A DNA stretch of 64,000 nucleotides from Planctomycetota bacterium (GTDB lineage Bacteria > Planctomycetota > UBA11346). A model generated the notes under the pieces. It searched no databases and was not told the DNA's origin. It worked only from the letters and a program-made list of their open reading frames with translations. The DNA is taken from NCBI GenBank assembly GCA_038231435.1, contig JBBRLJ010000016.1, positions 32,001 to 96,000 on the forward strand, read 5' to 3'. Positions 11,035 to 21,704 of the stretch are shown piece after piece (the first letter of the stretch is position 1; each line of letters starts with the position of its first letter). The translations under genes and the position numbers were made by a program.

Positions 11035-11144
11035 CGCGTGCGGCGTGCGGTGTGCGGTGTGCCGCGTGATCGAGGAAAGAGGCCGCGTTCGCAGGGCGGT
11101 CGGCTGTTCTCGTCGCGCCCCACACTTCGCACTCCGCGCTCCGT
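11035..11144. repeat. Inverted pair of degenerate 7-bp tandem arrays
   Basis: (GGTGTGC)-type units at 11035-11069 and (CGCACTC)-type units at 11114-11144, between the two ATP-grasp genes. Confidence 0.6.
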
Positions 11145-11777
11145 CTAGCCTCGCCATAACCCCGCCTCCTTGATGATGGCCTTCTCGTTCTGCGTCAGTT
11201 CGTTCTTGGGCAACGGCTCGATGGCGCTGAACAGGTAGAGCTTCTCGGTGACGATGATCTTCACGCGGGCGAGAGGGATGCGGAAGGTCATCCAGATGTC
11301 CATGGCCAGCTCGCCGTATTCCGGCTTCAGGCAGTGGCCCAACACCAGGCGCAGGGTGTCGACGCGGCTGTCGGGCTGCATGTCCTGGATGACCATGGCG
11401 TACTTGCCGCTCATGGTCAGCGACTTCACGGCTTCGATGAGCGAGGCATGGTCGGCGATCACCTGGCCCATCGACTGGAACGGATTCACCGGATAGGCGA
11501 TCAGCGGCGGATCGAAGCCCATGGTGTTGTCGTTGGCGATCTCCCACTGCGGCACGTTGATGCCGGCGGCTGCCGCCTTGCTCAGCGCCAACGGCACGAC
11601 GTAGGCGTCGAGCGCCTCGGCGGGGCTCGGCAGGGCGATCAGGCCTTCGTGCTCGGCCTCCATGCTCTTGTAGTAACCGTCGCCGAGGTAGCTGTAGTCG
11701 CCCTCGAGATTCACGAACACGCCCTGGGCGCGCAGATCCTCTGGCAGGGCGGGGGACGGGAAAATGGGTTTCGTCAT
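11145..11777 (-). CDS. Stand-alone RimK-like ATP-grasp N-terminal (RLAN) domain protein
   Basis: VNL.GDYSYLGDGYY.S..AE..G...P motif of RLAN domains; directly upstream of the RimK-like gene. Confidence 0.8.
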   Translation of the reverse strand: MTKPIFPSPALPEDLRAQGVFVNLEGDYSYLGDGYYKSMEAEHEGLIALPSPAEALDAYVVPLALSKAAAAGINVPQWEIANDNTMGFDPPLIAYPVNPFQSMGQVIADHASLIEAVKSLTMSGKYAMVIQDMQPDSRVDTLRLVLGHCLKPEYGELAMDIWMTFRIPLARVKIIVTEKLYLFSAIEPLPKNELTQNEKAIIKEAGLWRG

Positions 11778-12032
11778 CGTTTTCGATCGCGCCGCGGCTT
11801 CGACCGCGTTATCCCCTGGAATGGTGGCGCGGGAGGCCCGCAGGCTGGTGCGCTCGGAGTGCCCGGGGCGCTCCGGACGATTGGTGCGGTTGGGGGGCAG
11901 GGCGGACGTGGATTCGGGTGCGGCCATAGAACCGCGGCATCGCCGTCGGTCCGCGCATGCTAATGCGGTGAAGACCAATGAAAGGGCTTTTGACGGAGTA
12001 CTCTTCCGAGCGCGGCCGCTCGGCCGCGGCTC

Positions 12033-12569
12033 TCAGGGAATCGCCGCGGGTTCTCCGATCAGGTACGCCGCCAACAGGTGGTACTCGCGGGCTTGGAGCA
12101 GGATCCAGCGCGCGTCGCCGCTCGCGCAGGCGTCCACGAAGGCCTCGGCGTCCCAACGGCCACCAGGGATGAGGAAACCATCGCCAGGGGCGACCGATGC
12201 AGCCAGCGGCCCATGGATCGCGTGCCGGCCGGCACGGTGGAACCAGTACTTGGCATTGGAATGATCGCCTTCGCGGCGGTGCATGAGCGCGTGCAGGTAG
12301 GAGCCGTCGCCGTCACCCAGATCCTGGCTGAGCGTGTGCGAGGCGTCGAGGTGGTCGTGCCAGAGCAGCGCCAGGGACAGGAGGTGGCCGTGACGAGTCG
12401 TCGACTCCCCCGTCTCGGCCACCGGATGAGCACTGATGAAAGCGGACGCTCGCCGACGCACCTCGTCCTCGGGTAGCGCGGTCGATCTCCGGCTCGCGTC
12501 CAGCGCGGGCGCGCTGGCGGTGGCGCTGCACAAGACGTCATCGATGAATGCGGCCAGTGCAGCTGCCAT
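12033..12569 (-). CDS. Conserved hypothetical protein
   Basis: LWHD.LDASH.LSQD...GSY.HA.MHRREGD.SNAKYWF motif of a widespread uncharacterised family. Confidence 0.8.
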   Translation of the reverse strand: MAAALAAFIDDVLCSATASAPALDASRRSTALPEDEVRRRASAFISAHPVAETGESTTRHGHLLSLALLWHDHLDASHTLSQDLGDGDGSYLHALMHRREGDHSNAKYWFHRAGRHAIHGPLAASVAPGDGFLIPGGRWDAEAFVDACASGDARWILLQAREYHLLAAYLIGEPAAIP

Positions 12570-12635
12570 GGGTGGATGATGCCGCCGCATGCGCCAGTGG
12601 AAGAGACCGGCCCTGGCTCCATCGCCGCGACTCGG

Positions 12636-14093
12636 CTATTCGACGCCCGCGCCGGTCTTCCAGGTCATCGCGATCGCTCCGATGTCCTTCAGTCCGCAGG
12701 CGAGCGAGACCGGGCCGCTGGCGTCGCTGGCCAGCGCCTGGGCCTTCCACAGCACCTCCTGGGTGTGGTTCGCCGAATCGGTGACGCGCATGGTGACGCG
12801 TACCGCCGCGAGATCGTGGCCGGTGCCGTTCTGCATGGTGCCCGTCAGCAGCAGGCCGGTCGAGGTCCGCTCGATCTTCTGCGGAGTGAGGGTGATGCCG
12901 TTGGCGGTGATGGGCGCGGGCACGCCGTTCGCGCCCGCTGGGCGCGCGTCGTTCGTCGCGGCATCGCCCGAAGCGGCACTTGCCGCGAGCTTGGCCTTGC
13001 CACCCTTCCAACCGACTTCGTAACCGGCCCAGCCGGCGAGCCCGCCGAGATCGGCGCTGACGTCCTTCTCCTCGTCCTTGGCCAGATGGCCGACCGGGAT
13101 GTCGAACGATTTCAGGGTCTTGCCCGCCTTGTCCTGCAGCGCGATGGTGACCACCACGCCGTCCTGATCGCTGTCGAGGCCATTGCGCACGCGCGCCTTG
13201 AGCTTGCCACCGTCGGCGTGGATCTGCGCGGTCTCGACATCCTTGGCGCCGGTGAAGCCGGCGGATTCCGTCTGCGAGCCTGCGTCGGACTGCTCGGTGC
13301 TGATGCTGACGGTGGCGAAGGTCGGCACTCCGGGCACCACCACCTTCTGCTCCTTCACCGCGCCCGCTGGCACCTCGCCGCCCTCGGGCTTGTGCTTGAC
13401 GGTCTTGACCTCGGCGCCCTTCTCGTCCTTGAAGTGGATGGTCTGGACCACGTCCTGGGCCGGCTTGCCGCCCAGATTCCAGTCGGTCCAGGTGATGGTC
13501 GCGGACTTGGATTTGTCGCTGGTCTCGAAGTTGGTGTTCACCGCGACCACGTAGCCCTGGCCCGAGAGCGCTCCGATCGCGAGCGGAACGGTGCCCTTGT
13601 CGCAGGCGATGAAGGTCTCCTTGCCGCCCGACCAGCTGAGCTCGACCTGGTAGGCGGGGAAGTTCGGGCAGTTGGCGCGGTAGTCGACGTCGGCGCGGCC
13701 GCTCGCGTCGATCGATCCCCACTCCTTCCACTCGCCCTGGTTGAGCACCTGGCGCGAGGGTCCGAGCGTGGCGATACGGGCGCGCAGGCTCTCCACCTTG
13801 GCGGCGCCGGCGACCATGCGCAGCTCCCACTGGAAGAACGGACGGTAGTTCTGATCGGCGCGCCCGCCCCAGATGTAGGCCCCGACGAACACCGGGTCGT
13901 TGCCGATCGGCTTGATGGCCGCGGCTTCTTGGCGCTTGAAGGCGAGCTTGGCGTCTGACTTGCCAGCGTCCTCGCCGGCGATGCCCGAGCCCTTGCCCGG
14001 TTTTTCGGCGCCGGCGGCGGGCCCGGCCAGGCCTATGGCGAGCACAGCTGCCAGGGAAGCTGCGATGGGAGTAGTCAGGAGGGAATGGCGCAT
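12636..14093 (-). CDS. Secreted protein with several FxLYD-like beta-sandwich domains
   Basis: Signal peptide; three repeats of N....(D/A)..V.V...[FLV].D..G. Confidence 0.7.
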   Translation of the reverse strand: MRHSLLTTPIAASLAAVLAIGLAGPAAGAEKPGKGSGIAGEDAGKSDAKLAFKRQEAAAIKPIGNDPVFVGAYIWGGRADQNYRPFFQWELRMVAGAAKVESLRARIATLGPSRQVLNQGEWKEWGSIDASGRADVDYRANCPNFPAYQVELSWSGGKETFIACDKGTVPLAIGALSGQGYVVAVNTNFETSDKSKSATITWTDWNLGGKPAQDVVQTIHFKDEKGAEVKTVKHKPEGGEVPAGAVKEQKVVVPGVPTFATVSISTEQSDAGSQTESAGFTGAKDVETAQIHADGGKLKARVRNGLDSDQDGVVVTIALQDKAGKTLKSFDIPVGHLAKDEEKDVSADLGGLAGWAGYEVGWKGGKAKLAASAASGDAATNDARPAGANGVPAPITANGITLTPQKIERTSTGLLLTGTMQNGTGHDLAAVRVTMRVTDSANHTQEVLWKAQALASDASGPVSLACGLKDIGAIAMTWKTGAGVE

Positions 14094-14249
14094 GGACCAG
14101 TGTCAACGCAGGGGGCGGGCGAGGGTTCAAGCGAAGCGGGCCTCGTCGTGTCCGAAGCGTCACCCACAGAGAAGCTTACCCCACGCTTGGGGGCTGTGCG
14201 GGAGAGCTTTCGGAGGCATACTCATCGGTCCTGCTGGAGAGACCACGAC

Positions 14250-15932
14250 ATGGCGCGCAAGTTCCTGGGTGAGATCCTCGTCGAGATGGAGGCCTGCACC
14301 GACAACGAGGTGAACGAGGCCCTCAAGAAGCAGATGGACGGTGAGAAGCGCATGATCGGCGAGCTGCTCGCCGAGGCCGAGGCCTGCTCCCCCGAGGATG
14401 TCGCCCGCGCCCTGGCCGAGCAGTTCGACCTGCGCTTCTACGATCTCGAGACCATCGACATCCCCAAGCAGGTGATGGAGCTGATCCCGCAGCAGGTGGC
14501 GCGCGAAAAGAAGGTCTGCCCGGTCATGCTCAACGGCAAGACCCTGGCCGTGGCGATGGCCAACCCCTTGGATCTCGAAGTCGTCGACACCCTGCGCTTC
14601 AGCACCTCGATGGCGATCGAGGTGGCGATGGCCAGCGAGCGCCAGATCCTCGCGGCGCTCGAGAAGTACTGGGGACTCTCCGAGAACAAGGTCGAGGCCA
14701 TGCTCGGCGAGCTCACCGAGGACATCGCCGTCCGCGCCTCCACCGATAGCGATGAGCACGGCGACGACGCGCTGATCATCAAATTCGTTCAGCAGATCAT
14801 CTCCAACGCCGATGCCAATCGCGCCTCCGACATCCACATCGAGCCGATGGCGGATCATCTGCGCATCCGCTACCGCATCGACGGCGTCTGCTTCACCATG
14901 GATCCGGCGCCGAAGCGCCTCCAGGGCCCGGTCATCCAGCGCCTGAAGATCATGGCCGACATGATGATCGAGGAGAAGCGCAAGCCGCAGGACGGGCGCA
15001 TCAAGGTCAAGCTGCCGAACAAGAAGATCGATCTGCGCGTCTCGTGCCTGCCGTCGATCCACGGCGAAGCCATGGTCATGCGTATCCTCGACAGCGAGAC
15101 GCTGAAGCTGTCGCTCGACGACATGGGCTTCGATCCGTCCGACCTCAAGGCCTACAACGGCCTGATCAAGCGCCCGAACGGCATCATCCTGGTCACCGGT
15201 CCGACCGGCTCGGGCAAGACCACCACGCTCTACGCGACTTTGCACGCGCTCAACACCATCGACCGCAAGATCATCACCGCCGAGGAGCCGGTCGAATACC
15301 TGCTCAGCGGCATCAACCAGTGCGAGGTGCGGCACAAGATCGGCCTCACCTTCCCGCGCATCCTGCGCTCGATGCTGCGCCAGGCCCCCAACGTCATCCT
15401 GGTCGGTGAGATCCGCGACGCCGAGACCGCGCAGATCGCGATCCAGGCGTCGCTCACCGGCCACTTGGTGTTCTCGACCCTGCACACCAACGATGCGCCC
15501 AGTGCCATCACCCGACTCATCGACATGGGCGTGGCGCCGTTCCTGGTCGCCACCTCCATCCAGGCGGTCATCGCCCAGCGCCTGCTGCGCACCAACTGTC
15601 CCAAATGCCAGGAGCCGTACGATCCGGATCCCGCGGCGCTCGCCGCCATCGGCCTCAAGCCCGAGCAGTACGCCGGGCGCAAATTCATCCACGGCAAGGG
15701 CTGCGACCACTGCAAGGGCTCGGGCTACCGCGGACGCAAGGGCCTGTTCGAGATGATGGTGATGAACAAGCAGCTGCGCGACCTGGCCTTCAACAAGACC
15801 GCGACCGCGGACATCCGCCGCGCGGCGGTGGCCAACGGCATGAACACGCTGTCGATGGACGGCGCGCGCAAGGTGCTGCAGGGCGTGACCACGGCCGAAG
15901 AGGTCATGCGCCAAGCCAAGATCGACGACTAG
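14250..15932 (+). CDS. pilB: Type IV pilus assembly ATPase PilB/GspE
   Basis: MshEN-like N-terminus (FLGEIL/MIGELL), ASDIHIEP, GPTGSGKTTTLY, LRQAPNVILVGEIRD, TGHLVFSTLHTND, CxxC...CxxC. Confidence 0.93.
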   Translation: MARKFLGEILVEMEACTDNEVNEALKKQMDGEKRMIGELLAEAEACSPEDVARALAEQFDLRFYDLETIDIPKQVMELIPQQVAREKKVCPVMLNGKTLAVAMANPLDLEVVDTLRFSTSMAIEVAMASERQILAALEKYWGLSENKVEAMLGELTEDIAVRASTDSDEHGDDALIIKFVQQIISNADANRASDIHIEPMADHLRIRYRIDGVCFTMDPAPKRLQGPVIQRLKIMADMMIEEKRKPQDGRIKVKLPNKKIDLRVSCLPSIHGEAMVMRILDSETLKLSLDDMGFDPSDLKAYNGLIKRPNGIILVTGPTGSGKTTTLYATLHALNTIDRKIITAEEPVEYLLSGINQCEVRHKIGLTFPRILRSMLRQAPNVILVGEIRDAETAQIAIQASLTGHLVFSTLHTNDAPSAITRLIDMGVAPFLVATSIQAVIAQRLLRTNCPKCQEPYDPDPAALAAIGLKPEQYAGRKFIHGKGCDHCKGSGYRGRKGLFEMMVMNKQLRDLAFNKTATADIRRAAVANGMNTLSMDGARKVLQGVTTAEEVMRQAKIDD

Positions 15933-16033
15933 CTGCGGTCGTTCTCGCGGGCGATGCCGGCGTTGGCTCACCCTAGCCGTAGATGACTACGGCGTCGGGA
16001 TCGCCGCCTTGGCCTCGCCCGCGATAACGATCC
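15933..16033 (+). repeat. Family B palindromic element, copy B2
   Basis: GTCGTTCTCGCGGGCGA..core..TCGCCCGCGATAACGAT directly after the pilB TAG. Confidence 0.85.
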
Positions 16034-16052
16034 TCGCTTGCTGCTTACTGAG

Positions 16053-16178
16053 GGAGAGTCGGCTTTGGGGACTCGCCTTCGGAGACTCGGCTTCGGGGAC
16101 TTGCCTTCGGAGACTCGGCATCGGGGACTCGCCTTCGGAGAGTCGGTTTCGGGGACTTGCCTTCGGGGACTCGGCTCG
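16053..16178 (+). repeat. 14-bp minisatellite, 9 units, consensus GGRGACTYGSCTTC
   Basis: Units start at 16053 and repeat every 14 bp, alternating GGAG/GGGG variants (28-bp higher-order period); no spacers. Confidence 0.92.
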
Positions 16179-16225
16179 GGGGCGGGGGAGGCTGGCGCGT
16201 CGGGCCTGGGCGCCAGGATGGTGGC

Positions 16226-17044
16226 GTGGATGCTGAGATCGATCTGACGCAGGAGATGACGGTCGCGGTGCGGGCGGCGCGCGAGGCGGGGGCGGTGGCG
16301 CTGGGGATGCAGGGCGGGACGGTGGAGCGGACCAAGGGCGATGGGTCGCCGGTGTCGGATGCGGATCTGGCGGCGGACGCGGTGATCAGGCACCAGCTGG
16401 CGACGTTCTTTCCGGACGACGGGATCCTCAGCGAGGAGATCACGGACGATCGCGCGCGGCTGGCGAAACGCCGGGTGTGGATCATCGATCCGATCGACGG
16501 CACGCGCGACTACCTCAATGGCATGCCTGGGTGGGCGGTGCAGGTGGCGCTGGCGATTGATGGCGTACTGGTGCTCGGGGTGCTCGATATCCCGTGCGAG
16601 GGCATCTGCCTGTCCGGCATGCCGGGGATCGGCGGTACGGTACTCGGGCCGCATGGAGCTCGCGAGCTCGCGGCGGTCGCCGGAACGGCGGACGTGCTGA
16701 TCACCAGCGGCAGCAAGCGCAACCAGGAGGCGGTCGCCTCGGTACGCGCGGCGCTGCCCGAATTCGCGGCAATGCGCGCGACCTCGGTGGGCGTGAAGGT
16801 GTGGCGCATGCTCTCCGGCCAAGCCGATCTCTACGTGCACCCGCGAGCGATCGCGGAATGGGATGTGGCGGCCCCGGCAGCGGTGCTGCTCGCGGGCGGC
16901 GGCGCGGCCACCGATCTCGCGGGCCGGCCGTTCCGCTTCAACGGCGAATCGGCGCGCTGTCCGGGATTGGTGTTCTCGACGCGCGCGGATCACGCGGCGG
17001 TGATCGAGCGCATGCGGCTCGCCGGCGTGGGACTCGCGCCATGA
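16226..17044 (+). CDS. cysQ: 3'(2'),5'-bisphosphate nucleotidase CysQ / inositol monophosphatase family
   Basis: SPVSDAD, ILSEE, WIIDPIDGT, EWDVAA. Confidence 0.8.
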   Translation: MDAEIDLTQEMTVAVRAAREAGAVALGMQGGTVERTKGDGSPVSDADLAADAVIRHQLATFFPDDGILSEEITDDRARLAKRRVWIIDPIDGTRDYLNGMPGWAVQVALAIDGVLVLGVLDIPCEGICLSGMPGIGGTVLGPHGARELAAVAGTADVLITSGSKRNQEAVASVRAALPEFAAMRATSVGVKVWRMLSGQADLYVHPRAIAEWDVAAPAAVLLAGGGAATDLAGRPFRFNGESARCPGLVFSTRADHAAVIERMRLAGVGLAP

Positions 17045-17679
17045 CGCTCGGCTTCGCGCGCGCATGCGCGCGTTCCCTGACCAAAGACACGACGCTCTCA
17101 TCGCGCGGAGCGGTGCTGCGCGCAGCGGCGCACCTGGCGCTGGTGGTGGCACTGGCGGTGACGTTGCTGGCAACGTCGTCGTGCGGCGACCGCCGCAACC
17201 TCACCGTGGACGAGGCCGAGATCGTCGCCTGGTATGTCGAGGATGTCTCCCATGGCATCCCGCGCCGTCCCGAGGAGCTGCGCCTGGTCGAGGGCAGCCA
17301 GCGTATCGGCCGCATCGCCGAGTGGATGATGGGCAACGACATCCGCGGCGTGCGCGAGCCACCAGCGCTCCTGCAGGCGCGGCGCAACCGCCTGCGGCTG
17401 TTGGGCGACATGATGAAGCAGGGCCTGATCGTGTCGGCGCCGGACTCGGGGTTGCTGGCGCCGCGTCCAGGCATGGAACTGGTCGAGCGCGAGGTGGTCG
17501 AGCCGGTGGTGGACAGCGAGAACCGCGACCGGCGCGCGCTCGACGGCATCATCCTGTCGATGGCCGACGCCCCCGGCGGCATCTCCGAGCGCTACCTGGC
17601 GGTGGTGCGACGGGCACGGTTGGAACTCGACGCGCTCTCTGGCGCCTCGATTTGGAAGCCAAGTCCCAGTAGGAAGTAG
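17041..17679 (+). CDS. Lipoprotein with YdbL/DUF1318-like domain
   Basis: Lipobox-like TSSC; KQGLI...GLLAPR...VDSENRDRRAL resembles DUF1318. Confidence 0.6.
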   Translation: MTLGFARACARSLTKDTTLSSRGAVLRAAAHLALVVALAVTLLATSSCGDRRNLTVDEAEIVAWYVEDVSHGIPRRPEELRLVEGSQRIGRIAEWMMGNDIRGVREPPALLQARRNRLRLLGDMMKQGLIVSAPDSGLLAPRPGMELVEREVVEPVVDSENRDRRALDGIILSMADAPGGISERYLAVVRRARLELDALSGASIWKPSPSRK

Positions 17680-17809
17680 GGGGCGGGCGGGTCGCGCGCA
17701 GGTGCGAGGGATAGGGCCGGTTGCGCGGCCGCCGCTCAAGGCGTACGCTGCCGATCCGCCACGGCACCCGGCCGCGGACTCCCAGTCACGGACCCACCAG
17801 CGACGAGCC

Positions 17810-18700
17810 ATGCCAGCAACCACCACGCCGATCCTCCAGGCCTCGCTCGTCGAACTCATCCGCGTGACCTCCACGGTGCTGCCGAAGGACGTGGTGCGCG
17901 CGCTCGAGGCCTCGCGCTCGTCCGAGTCACCGGGCACCAATGCCGCGTACGCGCTCGATGTCATCTCGTGCAACATCGGCCTGGCGAAGGACAAGAGCCA
18001 GCCGCTATGCCAGGACACCGGCTCGGTGCTGGTCTACGTCAACGCCCCGATCGGCTACGATCAGGTCGCCTTCGAGCACGTCTTCATCGATGCGGTCAAG
18101 GAGGCCACCGCCAAGGGCTACCTGCGCCAGAACTCGGTCGATTCGGTGACCGGGAAGAATTCCGGGGACAATGTCGGTCCGGGCACGCCGGACTTCCACA
18201 TGCACCAGTGGCGACGCGACTACGTCGAGGTCAGGTTGATGCTCAAGGGTGGCGGCTGCGAGAACGTCGGCGCGCAGTACGCGCTTCCCGATCCGCGCTG
18301 CGGCGGCCGCGATCTCGTCGGCGTTGAGAACGCGATCCTCGATTGCGTGCTCCAGGCGCAGGGACAGGGCTGCGGCCCCGGCATCCTTGGCGTCTCCATC
18401 GGCGGCGATCGCGCGAGCGGCTACGCGCACAGCAAGACCCAGCTGCTGCGCATGCTCGACGATTCCAATCCAGACCAGGTGCTTGGCGAACTCGAGGAGC
18501 GCATCGTCGCGAAGGCCAACCAGTCGGGCATTGGCCCGATGGGTTTCGGCGGCGCGACCACGCTGGTCGGCTGCAAGATCGGCAAGCTCAACCGCGTGCC
18601 GGCGAGCTTCTACGTCACCATCAGCTACATGTGCTGGGCGTTCCGCCGGCAGGGCATCGATCTCTCCGCGGGCGGAGAGATCGGTCGCTGGTTGTATTGA
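17810..18700 (+). CDS. Fe-S fumarate hydratase/tartrate dehydratase, alpha subunit
   Basis: PLCQDTG, YLRQNSV, KGGGCEN, GCGPG, GIGPMGFGG, CWA.RR. Confidence 0.93.
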   Translation: MPATTTPILQASLVELIRVTSTVLPKDVVRALEASRSSESPGTNAAYALDVISCNIGLAKDKSQPLCQDTGSVLVYVNAPIGYDQVAFEHVFIDAVKEATAKGYLRQNSVDSVTGKNSGDNVGPGTPDFHMHQWRRDYVEVRLMLKGGGCENVGAQYALPDPRCGGRDLVGVENAILDCVLQAQGQGCGPGILGVSIGGDRASGYAHSKTQLLRMLDDSNPDQVLGELEERIVAKANQSGIGPMGFGGATTLVGCKIGKLNRVPASFYVTISYMCWAFRRQGIDLSAGGEIGRWLY

Positions 18701-18731
18701 TCTCGCGCCCTGGCCGCTCCGGAGTCTGACG

Positions 18732-19304
18732 ATGAGCATCGTGACGTTGACCACCCCCATCACCGACGAGCAGGCGCGATCGCTGAAGGTCGGCGACACC
18801 GTCGAGCTCAGCGGCCGGCTGTACACCGGCCGCGACGCCGTGCACCATCGCCTGCACACGGGCGTGAAGCCTCCGGTCGACCTCGCCGGGCACATCATCT
18901 ACCACTGCGGTCCAGTGATGGTCCAGGAAGGCGGGAAGTGGGTGTGCAAGGGCGCCGGCCCGACCACCTCCTCGCGCGAGGAGCCGTACCAGTGGGAGGT
19001 CATCCGCGATCACCGCATCCGCGGCGTCATCGGCAAGGGCGGCATGGGCGCGAAGACGCTCGCGGCGTGCAAGGAGCACGGTTGCGTCTACCTGCACGCC
19101 ATCGGCGGCGCCGCGCAGGTGTGCGCCGAACGCATCGTGCGCGTCGACGGCGTTGACTGGATGGACCTCGGCAGCCCCGAGGCGATCTGGCACCTGTGGG
19201 TCGAGCGCTTCCCGGTGATCGTCACCATGGACAGCCACGGCAATTCCCTGCACAAGCAGGTGTTCGAGGCTTCGTCAGAGGCGCTGGGCAAGCTCAAGGC
19301 ATGA
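18732..19304 (+). CDS. Fe-S fumarate hydratase, beta subunit
   Basis: L.VGD.V.LSG...GRDA.H, YHCGP, AGPTTS.R, IGKGGM, PEAIW, MDSHGN. Confidence 0.93.
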   Translation: MSIVTLTTPITDEQARSLKVGDTVELSGRLYTGRDAVHHRLHTGVKPPVDLAGHIIYHCGPVMVQEGGKWVCKGAGPTTSSREEPYQWEVIRDHRIRGVIGKGGMGAKTLAACKEHGCVYLHAIGGAAQVCAERIVRVDGVDWMDLGSPEAIWHLWVERFPVIVTMDSHGNSLHKQVFEASSEALGKLKA

Positions 19305-20104
19305 CCACGCGCGACCGCGGGCTGTTGCGGGCCTGCGTGCTCGCCATCTCCGTCGCCGGATGCTTCTCCGCCATGGGCTGCATCCGATCGCGCGAGGCCG
19401 CGCCGGGCGAAAAGCGCGCCGCCTTCGCGCCCCATGCCGAGCGCATGGTCGGCGACGTCGCCTTGCGCGACCACGTGCTCGCGCGCACCGCGTTGCTGGT
19501 GGTCGGGGCCGAACCGCTGGCGGTCGGCATCGATGCCGATGGCTGCTCGCTCGACGTCGCCCCGGGAGTGGCGAGCGTCTCGCTCGCCAGCGCGGCGCTG
19601 ATCGCCACGGACGGCTACCTGCTGACCGCCGCCCACGCCGTGATGCGCGAACCGGTGTATGCCTGCCTGCGCGCGTCCGACGGCTCCACCCGTGTGTTCC
19701 GTTGCCGTGTAGTCTGGCGTGGCGATGCGGACACCGCCTGCCGCGATCTGGCGGTGCTGCGCATGTCCGGCGATCTGGCGGTGCCGGTGTTCACGTGGTC
19801 CGCTCGGATCCCCGCGTCAGGTTCGATCGTCATCGGCCGCGGCATCGGCTTCACTGCCGGCGCGTGCCTGGGTACGGAATCATTCGCCGCCGACGCGCAC
19901 GCCCCCGCCAGCGTGGTGGTCGCGAGCGACGAGCCGACCCAGGACGGCGACAGCGGCGGACCGCTGGTGGACATCGACGGACGGTTGATCGCCGTGCAGT
20001 CGCGGATGCAGGGGACGTGGTCGGGTCACCGTAGCGCGGCGGTGCGGCCAGATCTGGGTTGGCTGGAGGCGCTCCTCGCCGCAGACCGCGAACGGACGCG
20101 TTGA
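19301..20104 (+). CDS. Trypsin-like serine protease, probable lipoprotein
   Basis: Catalytic triad motifs LLTAAH, DLAVL, GDSGGPL. Confidence 0.85.
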   Translation: MTTRDRGLLRACVLAISVAGCFSAMGCIRSREAAPGEKRAAFAPHAERMVGDVALRDHVLARTALLVVGAEPLAVGIDADGCSLDVAPGVASVSLASAALIATDGYLLTAAHAVMREPVYACLRASDGSTRVFRCRVVWRGDADTACRDLAVLRMSGDLAVPVFTWSARIPASGSIVIGRGIGFTAGACLGTESFAADAHAPASVVVASDEPTQDGDSGGPLVDIDGRLIAVQSRMQGTWSGHRSAAVRPDLGWLEALLAADRERTR

Positions 20105-20129
20105 GGAAGGCCCGGAGCTCGCGCTCGCG

Positions 20130-21704
20130 CTAGATCTTGGCTTCGCTCTTCGCCAGGGTTTCGCGGATGGTCTTGGTCAGGACCTGCGAGGTGAACGGCT
20201 TGGGCAGGAAAGCGGACACCGTGCCTTTCTCGCGCTCCTGCTCCATCTGCTCGTCGACGTGCCCGGAGATCAGCACCACCTTCATGCCCGGCACCGTCGC
20301 ACGGATCTTGGCCGCGAGCTCGAAGCCGTTGATGCCCGGCATCTTCAGGTCGGTGATCACCAGATCGATGGCGCTACCCTTCTGGGCCAGGATGGACATC
20401 GCCTGCTCGCCCGAGGACGCGGTCAGCACGCGGTAGCCGTTCTCGCCGAGGACTTCTGCCAGGATGGCGCTGACATGCACTTCGTCGTCGACCAGCAGGA
20501 TGCACTCGGTTCCGCGCTGCGCCTCGGCCGCGTTGGGCTTCTCGGTCGTGTCGGCGCTATGCTCCTGGCGCGGCAGGAAGATGGTGAAGGTGGTGCCCGC
20601 GCCGCGCACGCTGTCGACGTGGATGTGGCCTTTGTTCTGCTGCACGATCCCGTAGACCGTCGACAGGCCCAGTCCGGTGCTCTTCTCGCCTTCCTTGGTG
20701 GTGAAGAACGGCTCGAAGATGCGCGGCACCACCTCGGGCTCGATGCCCAGGCCGTTGTCCTGGATCGACAGCGTGGTGTAGATGCCGGGCGGGATCGAAT
20801 CGGGCTGGCCGTCCTTGGCCTCTTCGAGGATCTCGGTGCGCGTGCGCACGGCGATCTGGCCGCCGTTGGGCATCGCGTCGCGCGCATTGAGCACCAGGTT
20901 CATCACCACCTGCTCCATCTGTGCTGGATCGGTGAGCACGCTGCCGAGCTGCGGGCCGAGGTCGAAATCGAAGGTGATGTCCTTGCTGATCACGCCGCGC
21001 AGGAGCGGCTCGAGATCGCGCACGATGTGGTTGACCTCGATCAGCTGCGGGCGCATCTGCTGGCGGCATGCGAAGGCGAGCAGCTCGCGCGTCAGCATGG
21101 ACGCACGCTGCGCCGCCCACTGGATGGCCTCGGCGTGGCGCAGGGCCTTGGGATCGGCCACCACGCGCGGGCGCAGCAGCTCGCAGTTGCCGATGATGGC
21201 GGTGAGGATGTTGTTGAAGTTGTGGGCGATGCCGCCGCTGAGCCGCCCGATCGCCTCCATCTTCTCGAGGCGGCTGATGCGCTCCTCGCGCGCGCGGTTG
21301 GTCTCTTCCCACTGCTTGCGCTCGATCGCGTAGCGGATGGTGCGCGCGAGCTGATCTCCGTCGAGGCTGTCCTTGGGGATGTAATCCTGCGCGCCCTTCT
21401 GCACCGCCAGGCAGGCGAGGGTCGCGTCGTTGAATCCGGACAGGATCACGATTGGGACATCGGCGGCCTTGTTGTGGACGTTGATGAAGGTGCCGAGCCC
21501 CGTGGAATCCGGCAGCGACAGGTCGAGCAGGATGACGTCGCATTTGCGCTGATCGCCGTCGAGGTACGCCACCGCCTCCTTCAGGCGTCCGCAATGGGTG
21601 ATGTTGTAATCGGTGTTCAGGCCCTCGGCGAGGTACTCCTGCAACAGGCGGGCGTCGCCCGGGTTGTCCTCGACCATCAGGATGTTCACCGAATGCGCTG
21701 CCAT
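20130..21704 (-). CDS. Hybrid histidine kinase (REC-HisKA-HATPase-REC)
   Basis: N-terminal receiver (EDN..D, LLDL.LPD), AHNFNN H-box, [22 protein letters not shown]-terminal receiver. Confidence 0.93.
   Translation of the reverse strand: MAAHSVNILMVEDNPGDARLLQEYLAEGLNTDYNITHCGRLKEAVAYLDGDQRKCDVILLDLSLPDSTGLGTFINVHNKAADVPIVILSGFNDATLACLAVQKGAQDYIPKDSLDGDQLARTIRYAIERKQWEETNRAREERISRLEKMEAIGRLSGGIAHNFNNILTAIIGNCELLRPRVVADPKALRHAEAIQWAAQRASMLTRELLAFACRQQMRPQLIEVNHIVRDLEPLLRGVISKDITFDFDLGPQLGSVLTDPAQMEQVVMNLVLNARDAMPNGGQIAVRTRTEILEEAKDGQPDSIPPGIYTTLSIQDNGLGIEPEVVPRIFEPFFTTKEGEKSTGLGLSTVYGIVQQNKGHIHVDSVRGAGTTFTIFLPRQEHSADTTEKPNAAEAQRGTECILLVDDEVHVSAILAEVLGENGYRVLTASSGEQAMSILAQKGSAIDLVITDLKMPGINGFELAAKIRATVPGMKVVLISGHVDEQMEQEREKGTVSAFLPKPFTSQVLTKTIRETLAKSEAKI

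Noticed and set aside
16053..16178. CRISPR array
   Set aside because: Contiguous 14-bp units, no unique spacers, no cas genes
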